Positions 47,194-56,241 of a DNA stretch of 64,000 nucleotides are shown here, piece after piece. The stretch comes from Candidatus Dojkabacteria bacterium (lineage in GTDB: Bacteria > Patescibacteriota > Dojkabacteria > SC72), in contig DATERJ010000012.1 in the NCBI GenBank assembly GCA_035271645.1, positions 28,964 through 92,963 on the forward strand, in the 5' to 3' direction. Each line of letters begins with the position of its first letter. Position 1 is the first letter of the stretch. Below the pieces are notes generated by a model. The model made no database searches. It saw only the letters and a list, made by a program, of their open reading frames with translations, and was not told the origin of the DNA. Position numbers and translations under genes: made by a program.

Positions 47194-48390
47194 GTGAAAA
47201 AGAAAATATCTTTGTTATTCGTGTTGTCAGTTTTAGTGCTCTCATTGCTTCTAGGTGGATGTAGTTCTGCTCAAGGAGTTGGTAGTGCTAAAGTTTTAGG
47301 AGCCAGTCCAGTATGGTTTGTAATCACATTGGTGGTTTTTGTTGTTATTGGAATCCTGGTAGCTTACTTTGTTGAGCCAGAAGATGAAAAAGGCAGGCAA
47401 GGGAAGACATGGGTGTTTATTGGTCTTTTAGTCGCTTTTCTTATACTCCAAATGGTGATTGGTGGTTTTGTTACCGTTGATCAGACAGAAATCGGAGTAA
47501 AAACCAGATTTGGTAAAGCAATAGGTATTACTATGCCTGGTGGACATTTTCTTGTCCCATATATTGATAGGGTTGTGATTTTCAGCGCAAAAGATTGGAC
47601 ATACTCGACTATGGATGAAGATTTCATGGCGGTATCCACAGATGATTATGAAGATCATCCAGCATTATTGGTGACAGCTGATAATGTGCAGGCATCAGTT
47701 ACATACTCAGTTATTGGTAGAATTGATCCTGTAAGAGTAATGGATATCTATCAAAGGTATGGCTCTCTTGATGAAGCAGTTGAAAAGGCAGTAAAAGCTC
47801 CAAGTAGAATTATTGTTCGCCAAAAATTGAAAGATTTTACTGCTAAGCAAATCTATCTTGAAGTGGATAATGTTGATGCGGCGGTTGTTGCAGAATTACG
47901 ACCATTTATGGAAGATGCTGGCCTGCAACTTGTTTTCTTCGGTTTTAGGAAGCCAACACTTGGTATTAACGGAGACTATGAAACCGAGCTCAACAACGAA
48001 ATGGTGGCAGCGCAAAGAGCTTTGGTTGCTCAGCAGAATATTGCTGTCTCTGAAGCACAAGCCCAACAGGCGATTGCTACTGCCGATGGTGAAAAAGAAG
48101 TTGCTATCAGACAGGCAGAGGCTAGAGCTGCTGCTACACGTGCAGAGCAAGAGGCTATTGCCGATGCCACACTTTATACTACGCAAAAAGAAGCTGAAGG
48201 AGTTAAAATGCTTGCTGATGCAGAAGCATATAGAATTATTAAAGAAGCAGAAGCAAATGCCAAAGCTAATACACTACTTGCAGCGGTGCTAACACCTGAC
48301 TTAATCCAGTATATTAAGTTAATACGATGGAATGGTGTATTGCCAATGTATACTGGTATGGATGCTGGGATTTTAATATCTCCAGAATAA
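47194..48390 (+). CDS. SPFH/band-7 (prohibitin-like) membrane protein with lipobox-like N-terminus; start GTG 47194
   Basis: GV.TRFGK, PG.HF..P.ID.V, AE/AQ-rich coiled coil, WNG.LP C-terminus; LLLGGC then two TM helices. Confidence 0.85.
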   Translation: MKKKISLLFVLSVLVLSLLLGGCSSAQGVGSAKVLGASPVWFVITLVVFVVIGILVAYFVEPEDEKGRQGKTWVFIGLLVAFLILQMVIGGFVTVDQTEIGVKTRFGKAIGITMPGGHFLVPYIDRVVIFSAKDWTYSTMDEDFMAVSTDDYEDHPALLVTADNVQASVTYSVIGRIDPVRVMDIYQRYGSLDEAVEKAVKAPSRIIVRQKLKDFTAKQIYLEVDNVDAAVVAELRPFMEDAGLQLVFFGFRKPTLGINGDYETELNNEMVAAQRALVAQQNIAVSEAQAQQAIATADGEKEVAIRQAEARAAATRAEQEAIADATLYTTQKEAEGVKMLADAEAYRIIKEAEANAKANTLLAAVLTPDLIQYIKLIRWNGVLPMYTGMDAGILISPE

Positions 48391-48422
48391 TAAATTTTTA
48401 TTGAAGTAAGTCGAAAGAGTAA

Positions 48423-48475
48423 AAGGGGTTGTGTAGATCTTCTCTACATTAGTATTGAAAATCACACAACCCTTC
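48423..48475 (+). terminator. Long interrupted hairpin between convergent SPFH and RelA/SpoT genes
   Basis: AGGGGTTGTGT / ACACAACCCTT outer stem. Confidence 0.6.
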
Positions 48476-48482
48476 TATTCCT

Positions 48483-49946
48483 TTATTTAACCCCTATCTT
48501 TAAATTCTTCTTAATCTTACTCCTAGCAGTAGGAGAATTAGCATATTTAAGAGTTGTATCCTTCTGATATCTTTTGTTCTTGTCCACCTTAATTTCAACA
48601 GTATCCCCTGTTTTTAACTCTTGTCCCAATTTGGCAGGTTTACCATTAATCTTAGCTGATTCCATACTATTTCCTATATCTGTATGTAACTTAAATGCGA
48701 AATCTAAAGGAGTATCTCCTTTGTTTAATTGAATAATTTTACCTTTAGGTGTAAAAGGGAAAACCTCATCTTCGAAGATGTTACATATAATTGGGAAACT
48801 CTTTGTTCTCTTTGTTTCTTCCCTACTCTTAGCTATCTCATCTTGTATATCTTTTACCCAATCATATTTGTTGGTTGGCTTAGCAAACCTTGATTTACTA
48901 GCTTTGTATGCAATGTGGGAGGCTTTACCAAAAGTATTCTCGTAATACATCTCTTCTGTAAGAATCTGTATCTCTATATACATATCCGAAATCTCAGGGA
49001 ATCTAATTGGAAATTGTACAGCTCTGTATCCATTTGGTTTTGGATTTGATATATAGTCATCGTATCTCTCTTCATTTATCTCTCCCCTATCCATTAGTTT
49101 CTCAATGACTAGATAACAAGAATCTTCATCGGAAGCGGTAATTCTAAAAGCAATTAAATCATCTAATCTTCTAATATTTGGATCAATCCACTCCTTTTCA
49201 TATTTTTTTAATTTGTTGTAAATACTATATTTGTTCTTAATTCTTCCTTGTATCTCTGGTTTTACCTTGGATTCCTTTATACATTCTTTAATAGTTTTTT
49301 CATATTGCTTTTGTAATTTGGGGCATATATCTAACGCATCCATCTTGTTTGTAATACTTTGATATTCAAGAGGTAGGTAGTACTTAAAAGATGTTTCTTC
49401 TAGCTGTGCTCTTAGTTTTTCTAAATGAAGGTATTCTGCAAGTTTTGCATATATGTTAATGGCTTTGTAAAGCTTACTTTTTTTCTCGTTTGCGGGAATC
49501 TCATCAAATGAAAGGACATCGTGCAGAGTGTCATATATTTTAAGATATACAGGTCTAAGGTCTTTTGAGGTGTTTAGAATATATTTAATGATTATTTCAG
49601 GATTGGTATCTTTACTATCTGTGCCTCTTTTAATTTTTGTAATGCCATCAAGTATATTTAATACATCTACTCCAAACTCTTTAGTAATTTCTTTTCTTGC
49701 TTTTTCATCTAATGTCATTTCATGGAAGAGTGTGGCAAAAGCTGTATTTAAATCTAGTCCTTCTTCTAAAAGCGATATGGCAATTTTGAGTGTATGATTA
49801 ACCATCGGTTCATTGTTGTACCTGTATGAGTTTTTGTATTTCTCTTCTGAGTAAGATATTGCCTTTTCTAGGTCATCCCCAAAAATCTTGGGTACAAGAG
49901 ATTGTATCCTGCTTTTTAATACACCAGTTGGTGTTATTTTTTCCAT
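48483..49946 (-). CDS. RelA/SpoT homolog (HD-SYNTH-TGS; lacks the C-terminal ZFD/ACT domains)
   Basis: GRIK..YSIY.K, DLIAFRI, DYISNPKPNGY, EIQI.T, FTPKG, TPLDFAF.LHT.IG. Confidence 0.88.
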   Translation of the reverse strand: MEKITPTGVLKSRIQSLVPKIFGDDLEKAISYSEEKYKNSYRYNNEPMVNHTLKIAISLLEEGLDLNTAFATLFHEMTLDEKARKEITKEFGVDVLNILDGITKIKRGTDSKDTNPEIIIKYILNTSKDLRPVYLKIYDTLHDVLSFDEIPANEKKSKLYKAINIYAKLAEYLHLEKLRAQLEETSFKYYLPLEYQSITNKMDALDICPKLQKQYEKTIKECIKESKVKPEIQGRIKNKYSIYNKLKKYEKEWIDPNIRRLDDLIAFRITASDEDSCYLVIEKLMDRGEINEERYDDYISNPKPNGYRAVQFPIRFPEISDMYIEIQILTEEMYYENTFGKASHIAYKASKSRFAKPTNKYDWVKDIQDEIAKSREETKRTKSFPIICNIFEDEVFPFTPKGKIIQLNKGDTPLDFAFKLHTDIGNSMESAKINGKPAKLGQELKTGDTVEIKVDKNKRYQKDTTLKYANSPTARSKIKKNLKIGVK

Positions 49947-49948
49947 TA

Positions 49949-51178
49949 TTATTTTTGAATTGTTATATTTGTAATATGTTTACCTACCTTAAGGGTTAGA
50001 GGAGAGTCTGTAATAGTTATCTCTTCATTGTAGGTAGTCTTTTTCTCATCGTTAATCTTTACTGCCCCTTGGTCTACTAATCTTCTTGCATCACTTTTGC
50101 TTTTTGCAAAATCAATTTGTACAAGTAAGTCATTTAGAGGTAGTTTGTTTTCTTTGATTTGTATTGTTGGTATTTCTCCTTCAACATCTTTCTTCTGGAA
50201 TACAGATTCAAAAACTTTTTGTGCATTTTCTGCTTCTTCTTCACTCTTTATCTCTGCTGTAACTCTGTATGCTAATTCTTTTTTAAGAATCATTGGATTC
50301 TCGCCACTTTCTAATCTCTTTTTGTATTCTTCTTGTTCAGGAAGTGTTGCTTTTGTAAGGATTTCAAAACCGATTAGTATTTTTTCATCATCAAAAGACA
50401 TGATTTTTCCATAGATATTCTCTGCTGTGTCATCTAGTCTAGCCATATTTCCTTCTGATTTACCCATTTTTTCTCCATCTGCAGCTGTTAGGAGTTTTCC
50501 TGCTATTACTATTTTCTCTTTGTTAAGATGGTTAAATACCATATCTCTTCCTGCAAGCATATTGAAGAGTTGGTCATTTCCACCTACTTCTACATCAACA
50601 TCCATCATTACAGAGTCATATGCTTGCATTAGTGGATAGAGGAATTCATTTAGGTATATTGGTTTATCTTCTTTTAATCTCTCTTGGAACATACTTCTCT
50701 TTAACATTTGCTGTACTGTGAATTCTGATGCTAGTTGAATTACTTCTGCAAAGGTTAATTTGTCATGCCATTCTCCATTGTATTTAATTTCTACTGGATT
50801 TTCCTTGTTATCTATATCAATGATATGTGATGCTTGTTCTACATAGTTTTTTAGGTTATCTGCAATCTGTTCTTTGGTTAATACTTTTCTTGCAGATGCT
50901 CTTGCCTCCTTTTTATCCCCAGGGTCCCCTATTCTTGCTGTGAAGTCACCGATGAGGAAGATTACTTTGTGTCCTAGTAGTCTAAAGTCTTCTAGCTTTC
51001 TCATTCCAACAGTATGTCCAATGTGTAGTGTTGGTGCTGTTGGGTCAAAACCTTGATATATTGTTAGTCTTGTACCTGAGAGAAGCTTTTCTTTTAGTGC
51101 TTCTTTTGAAGGGAGTATTTGTTCTACTCCTTTGGTTAGTATTCTTTCAATTATTTCTAAGTCTTTTTTAATTTCCAT
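49949..51178 (-). CDS. tyrS: Tyrosine-tRNA ligase
   Basis: GFDPTAPTLHIGH, YPLMQAYD, GGNDQ, KMGKS, C-terminal S4 domain. Confidence 0.98.
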   Translation of the reverse strand: MEIKKDLEIIERILTKGVEQILPSKEALKEKLLSGTRLTIYQGFDPTAPTLHIGHTVGMRKLEDFRLLGHKVIFLIGDFTARIGDPGDKKEARASARKVLTKEQIADNLKNYVEQASHIIDIDNKENPVEIKYNGEWHDKLTFAEVIQLASEFTVQQMLKRSMFQERLKEDKPIYLNEFLYPLMQAYDSVMMDVDVEVGGNDQLFNMLAGRDMVFNHLNKEKIVIAGKLLTAADGEKMGKSEGNMARLDDTAENIYGKIMSFDDEKILIGFEILTKATLPEQEEYKKRLESGENPMILKKELAYRVTAEIKSEEEAENAQKVFESVFQKKDVEGEIPTIQIKENKLPLNDLLVQIDFAKSKSDARRLVDQGAVKINDEKKTTYNEEITITDSPLTLKVGKHITNITIQK

Positions 51179-51218
51179 GTTTTGATTATATATGTATTTG
51201 GTGGATTTAGCTATATCT

Positions 51219-52424
51219 CTACTTCTTAATATACTTTCTATATTTTAATTTATCTGGCATACATTGTTGATCTGACTTCTTACTTGGTAAATCATGGTCA
51301 TATTCATAGTCTTTACCATATCCAATATCTTTCATTAGTTTTGTAGGAGCATTTCGTATATTCATAGGTACTGGAAGATTGCCATACTTCTCAATATCTA
51401 CTTTTACCTCACCCTCTACTCTGTATGCTGTATTGTCCTTAGGTGCATTAGAGAGATATATTGCTAATTGCATAAGGAATACTTCACATTCTGGCATACC
51501 AATCTTCTGACAAGCTTCATATACAGCATTTGCTAATATGACAGCTTGTGGGTCTGCATTACCGATATCTTCACTTGCAAACCTTAACATTCTTCTTGCA
51601 ATGTATAGTGGGTCTTCTCCTCCTGCTAACATTCTTCCAGTCCAGTAACAAGCAGCATCAGGATTAGATGACCTCATTGATTTGTGTATAGCGGAGATAA
51701 TGTTGTAGTGTTCTTCTCCTGTTTTGTCATAGTATACTGGCTTTTGTACTGTTGTTGTTAATATATCCATAGTTATTTCTTTCTTCTCTTCATCTTTTGC
51801 ATTTGCTAGTGTAGAACTCATTTCCAATATATTTAATGCAGACCTAATATCTCCATTTGAGAGATTAGCCATTTGTTCTAGTACTTTCTTTGATATTTTA
51901 ATCTCTGGATATTCTTCCTTTGATATTCGTTTTAGGAGGTTGTATATATCTTCTTCTGTTTGTTGTTTGAATACAAATACTTTTGTTCTAGAAAGAAGTG
52001 CAGATATTACAGTAAATGATGGGTTCTCTGTTGTTGCACCGATTAGTGTAATGATTCCTTTCTCTACATATGGTAGGAGTGTGTCTTGTTGTGCTTTGTT
52101 CCATCTGTGTATTTCATCTAGGAAGAGGATTGTTTTTTTACCGTATTGTTGATTACCAATTGCTATTTTAATGATTTTTCTTAGATGTTCTTTCCCACTA
52201 TTTACAGCTTGCATTTTGTGAAAGTCATAGTAGAGATTAAGGGAAAGTATGTATGCTAAGGTTGTTTTACCTGTACCGGGTGGTCCCCAGAATATCATAG
52301 ATGGTATTTTACCCGTTTCCAAAAACTTCCTTATGGGGCCGTTCTTTCCTACTAGGTGTTCCTGTCCTACAAACTCTTCAAGTGTTTTAGGTCTGTATTT
52401 TGATGCTAGTGGTTCGTTAGTCAT
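51219..52424 (-). CDS. rarA: Replication-associated recombination protein A (MgsA/RarA)
   Basis: PLA...RP, WGPPGTGKTT, LDEIHR.NK.QQD, GATTENP.F, ISA.HKS.R.S, ASEDIG.A. Confidence 0.96.
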   Translation of the reverse strand: MTNEPLASKYRPKTLEEFVGQEHLVGKNGPIRKFLETGKIPSMIFWGPPGTGKTTLAYILSLNLYYDFHKMQAVNSGKEHLRKIIKIAIGNQQYGKKTILFLDEIHRWNKAQQDTLLPYVEKGIITLIGATTENPSFTVISALLSRTKVFVFKQQTEEDIYNLLKRISKEEYPEIKISKKVLEQMANLSNGDIRSALNILEMSSTLANAKDEEKKEITMDILTTTVQKPVYYDKTGEEHYNIISAIHKSMRSSNPDAACYWTGRMLAGGEDPLYIARRMLRFASEDIGNADPQAVILANAVYEACQKIGMPECEVFLMQLAIYLSNAPKDNTAYRVEGEVKVDIEKYGNLPVPMNIRNAPTKLMKDIGYGKDYEYDHDLPSKKSDQQCMPDKLKYRKYIKK

Positions 52425-52460
52425 ACCTGATTATACTACATAGTGGTGGTATAGGTGTTA

Positions 52461-52631
52461 AAGGTCTGGTCTGGGTCAGACCTTATACATTTTACGAAAA
52501 GCGTTGTCGCACGACCATTTGGAAGGAAAGCCAGTCCAAACCGAGAAATCGTACCCAACAAGTTAATCAGGAGAAAGCGGTTGTTTTCCTGTCATAAAAG
52601 GATATTACTAAGTCAGACCTAGGTCAGACCT
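52461..52631. mobile_element. REP/REPIN-like element, copy 2 (different internal sequence)
   Basis: Ends AAGGTCTGGTCTGGGTCAGACCTT and AAGTCAGACCTAGGTCAGACCT, the same terminal family as 7937-8120 and 61001-61184. Confidence 0.75.
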
Positions 52632-52640
52632 GTTGAGAGT

Positions 52641-53174
52641 CTAACCATAAATATGCAAATATTCACCATTACTTAGTTTTTCTTTCTTTTTTGCTTTTAA
52701 TCCTTTGATTTCATATCTATAACTAAATACCTCACCCCCACCCTTAATAAATTTCTCAAACTTCTTTTTCAATATACTCATACTCTTTTCATCTAAATAA
52801 CAATATATTTTTGTAAAATCTTTTAGAGATGCTTCATATATATTCTCAACATCAAAAATGATATCTTTGTTTGTAGGATACTTTAATATTCTAAATGCTC
52901 TGGCAATGATAATCATGATTGGAGAGAGGTCTAAACCATAGCATTTACACTTAGCATTACCATATGTTTCCAGTACTACCTTTCCATCTCCACAACCTAA
53001 ATCTACAAAAGTATCATCTTTCTTAAGATTCATGAAATCAATAATTTCATGAATGATATCCCTAGGAGTTTTAAGAATAGGAACTAAAAGAAGATTGATT
53101 AAAACAGTTAAAAGGAATGCTCCAATGAGCATAATCACAATTAAAACAATACCTACAGTTATTCCATTTGCCAT
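52641..53174 (-). CDS. Class I SAM-dependent methyltransferase with N-terminal TM; start ATG 53174
   Basis: FVDLGCGDG, GLDLSP, IYCYL motifs. Confidence 0.85.
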   Translation of the reverse strand: MANGITVGIVLIVIMLIGAFLLTVLINLLLVPILKTPRDIIHEIIDFMNLKKDDTFVDLGCGDGKVVLETYGNAKCKCYGLDLSPIMIIIARAFRILKYPTNKDIIFDVENIYEASLKDFTKIYCYLDEKSMSILKKKFEKFIKGGGEVFSYRYEIKGLKAKKKEKLSNGEYLHIYG

Positions 53175-53205
53175 TTGTATAGAAGAATAATATATAATTA
53201 GGTAT

Positions 53206-53910
53206 ATGATAGACGGAATCTTGTTAATTAACAAGGAGAGAGATATTACATCGTATGATGTGATAAGAAAATTGAAGAGGGTTTTGCCTAATGGACAGAA
53301 GATCGGCCATGGTGGTACTTTAGATCCTTTTGCAACAGGTTTGTTAATTGTTCTACTTGGTAAAGGAACAAAGTTAATGAATACTATTCATTCATTAAAA
53401 AAGGAATATATTGTAAGAGCAGAGTTTGGTTACTCTACAGACACTCAAGATATTACTGGAAAGAAAGATAAAATGTGTGAAGATTTAGAGAAGGTATCTG
53501 TGGAGGAGATTGAAACAAAGATAAAGGAGAAATTTTTAGGTAAGATATTACAAACACCTCCAATGTTTTCAGCAAAAAAGATTAAGGGAAAGAAGGCATA
53601 TGAGTTAGCAAGAAAGGGCGAAGAAGTTAAGATAGAGCCAAAGAAAGTTGAGATATATTCTTTTGATTTAGTTAATTACAACTGGCCCTACTCTACCTTC
53701 TCTATTTCATGCTCAACAGGTACATATGTGAGAACCTTAATTCATGATTTGGGTGAAGAGATAGGTACATATGGTACAGCTATTGAACTTGAGAGAACAA
53801 AGATAGGGGGTTTTAATTTGAAAGATGCTTTTGATTCGGAAGATATTGTTGATGATAATATTGATAAAATTATTGGAAATGTAATTAATTTGGACAATTT
53901 GGAATTATGA
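53206..53910 (+). CDS. truB: tRNA pseudouridine(55) synthase
   Basis: KIGHGGTLDPFATG, PP.FSA.K..GK.AY, CSTGTYVR, L.RT. Confidence 0.97.
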   Translation: MIDGILLINKERDITSYDVIRKLKRVLPNGQKIGHGGTLDPFATGLLIVLLGKGTKLMNTIHSLKKEYIVRAEFGYSTDTQDITGKKDKMCEDLEKVSVEEIETKIKEKFLGKILQTPPMFSAKKIKGKKAYELARKGEEVKIEPKKVEIYSFDLVNYNWPYSTFSISCSTGTYVRTLIHDLGEEIGTYGTAIELERTKIGGFNLKDAFDSEDIVDDNIDKIIGNVINLDNLEL

Positions 53911-54596
53911 AAAAAGGGAGACTTTTTGTTGTAGCTACACCGATTGGCAATCTTGAAGATATTACATTTAGGGCTGTGGATATATTAAAGAGTGTGCCTT
54001 TTGTATTAGCAGAGGATACCAGGGAGAGCAAAAAACTTTTTGATAGGTATGGGATTGAAACCATGTTGATATCGTACAGAGATCAAAATCATGAAAGAAT
54101 GATAGGCAAGATTTACGAAAAATTAAATATGGGATTGGATTTAGCACTGATTTCTGATGCAGGAACCCCACTAATCTCTGATCCGGGATACAAATTGGTG
54201 AAAGAATTAAGAGAGGAAGGTTATGAAGTTATCTCAATACCAGGTGCTTCAGCTGTGACAGCTGCCCTTTCTGTTAGTGGACTACCTACAGATAGATTTG
54301 TGTTTTTAGGGTTTTTACCAAAGAGTGAAAGCAAGAGGGAGAAGTTAATTGAGCAATACAAGGAGTTGGAGAATACCATTGTGATATATGAGTCGCCACA
54401 TAGGTTGAGTAAGTTGCTAAAGCTAATGTTAGGAATGTGTGGAGATATTAGGGTATTCCTTGCAAAAGATATTTCCAAGATGAGAGAGGAGAGTTTTAGT
54501 GGTAGTATATCTGAAGTTATTTCTGAATTTGAGTTAAGAAATTTTGATGAAAACCCTCATGGTGAGTTTGTTTGTATATTTAGCAAAGAAGTTTAG
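53907..54596 (+). CDS. rsmI: 16S rRNA C1402 2'-O-methyltransferase
   Basis: VATPIGNLEDIT.RA, AEDTR, SDAGTPLISDPG, PGASA, YESPHR. Confidence 0.97.
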   Translation: MKKGRLFVVATPIGNLEDITFRAVDILKSVPFVLAEDTRESKKLFDRYGIETMLISYRDQNHERMIGKIYEKLNMGLDLALISDAGTPLISDPGYKLVKELREEGYEVISIPGASAVTAALSVSGLPTDRFVFLGFLPKSESKREKLIEQYKELENTIVIYESPHRLSKLLKLMLGMCGDIRVFLAKDISKMREESFSGSISEVISEFELRNFDENPHGEFVCIFSKEV

Positions 54597-55486
54597 GACT
54601 TTAGGAAAAGTTGTTGGTAATTTTCATCTGTAATTGCTTCAAGTTTTTCCATTGATATGTTTTTTATCTCACAAGCAACTTGCATAATTTCTCTGATATG
54701 TTTTGGTTGTGCAAACTTTTGCTTGATACTCTTCTTTTTTCTTACAGATTGAGGTGGTAAGAAAGGTCCATCTGTTTCAAAGAGGATTCTTTCTACTGGT
54801 GTTTTCTTTAAGATTTCTCTTACATTCTCTCCACTTTTGTATGTAATGATTGCATTAAATCCTACATGGAATCCTAAGGCCAGTATCTGTTCTAATTGTT
54901 CCAAGCTTCCTGTGTAGCTGTGGAAAGACCCTTGAAGAAGTCCTTTACCCTCTTCTGCCACTATTCTAATGGTATCATCTATACATTCATTGCTCCCCAT
55001 TTGGTCTCTAGCATGAATGCTTAGTGGTAAGGAGTTTTCTAAAGCTAGGTGAATTTCTTCTTGTAACATTAATTTCTGAACTTCTTTTAATTGTTCTTTA
55101 GTGTCATCAGAATATGTTTGATTGATTGAGAATTGATAGTAGTCTAATCCACATTCACCAATTGCAGAAATCTCCTCTTTGTTTTTGTTAAAAATCTCAA
55201 TGAACTTCTTCCTTTCCTTTTGTGATTTTTCATAGATATTGTCTTCCAAGTCTCTCTGTACTGTAACTTCCTCAAAGTATGTTGGGTGAAGCCCAATGGC
55301 TACTTGCATAACATTGTTTTGTATGAGGTTGGCTCTTTTTGCAATTTTGAAGTTGTCATCAAAGTCTAGCATGTCTGTTCCTTGTGTGAGTATATGTTTA
55401 CCACCTTCATTAACAAAGTCTCTTACTATTTCATCTAGATTGGTTTTTAATGGCTCCATCGCCATGTGTATGTGTGAGTCATGCAT
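54593..55486 (-). CDS. tatD: TatD family nuclease
   Basis: DSHIH, GLHP, AIGECGLDY, IHAR, FHSYTG, ETDGPFL. Confidence 0.95.
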   Translation of the reverse strand: MHDSHIHMAMEPLKTNLDEIVRDFVNEGGKHILTQGTDMLDFDDNFKIAKRANLIQNNVMQVAIGLHPTYFEEVTVQRDLEDNIYEKSQKERKKFIEIFNKNKEEISAIGECGLDYYQFSINQTYSDDTKEQLKEVQKLMLQEEIHLALENSLPLSIHARDQMGSNECIDDTIRIVAEEGKGLLQGSFHSYTGSLEQLEQILALGFHVGFNAIITYKSGENVREILKKTPVERILFETDGPFLPPQSVRKKKSIKQKFAQPKHIREIMQVACEIKNISMEKLEAITDENYQQLFLKS

Positions 55487-55539
55487 GAAAATATTTTACC
55501 ACATATTAAAATTGAAAAATGTGGTAGAATTATACTGTA

Positions 55540-56241
55540 ATGGAAAAACCAAGGAGAGTGAATTGGATTATGGTTATTACTGGTGTCCTGTTTCTAGTAT
55601 CAGTTGGTGTTTTGGGATACAAACTTTTTTCAGGGGAGGAAGTAACATCGTGTTCTTTCGAAGGTGGTGAGGTTGATTACGGCAAAGAGGTGATTTCTGC
55701 TAAAGGGGAGAGGTGTGTTTGTGGAGATAAGAGGAAGATGGTTTGTCAGGGGGAAGAAAGTAATGGAGAACAGGAGTCATTTTCTACGGAGGGTTTGGTC
55801 TTTGAGTATAGCTATTTGAATACAGTTGTAGGTGATTCTCCTAACATATCTAGAGTTTTACCAATTGATATCAATCAGAATGAAGGGGAATTGGAAGTTA
55901 TTCTTGAGAGAGAAAGTTGGTGTAGTGAAGATTTTGAAGCTTCAAGTCAGGTTGGGTATTATGAAAAGTATTCTGACAAGTTAGTACTATCAACGATAAC
56001 GAGTAGTGATGCAGAGAAATTTAATATTCCTTGTGTGGTATCTAATACCTTTAAGATTGCAAATTTTGATATAGAGGATGTAGAGGATTTTGAAATATAT
56101 TATCGTAATGAAAAAGGTAAAGAGTTTGACCTCATGGCTTGTTCTTACAATGGCGTATTGTATGGTGAGGGTGATGTTTTTGCGAGTAACTCGAATGAGG
56201 CAGTATGCAGTTGTGAGCAAGGAAAAGTTGCTTGTGAGTAG
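55540..56241 (+). CDS. Membrane-anchored Cys-rich exported protein
   Basis: N-terminal TM; two C-x-[FY]-x-G...C-x-C-x(n)-C modules flanking an acidic beta domain. Confidence 0.7.
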   Translation: MEKPRRVNWIMVITGVLFLVSVGVLGYKLFSGEEVTSCSFEGGEVDYGKEVISAKGERCVCGDKRKMVCQGEESNGEQESFSTEGLVFEYSYLNTVVGDSPNISRVLPIDINQNEGELEVILERESWCSEDFEASSQVGYYEKYSDKLVLSTITSSDAEKFNIPCVVSNTFKIANFDIEDVEDFEIYYRNEKGKEFDLMACSYNGVLYGEGDVFASNSNEAVCSCEQGKVACE

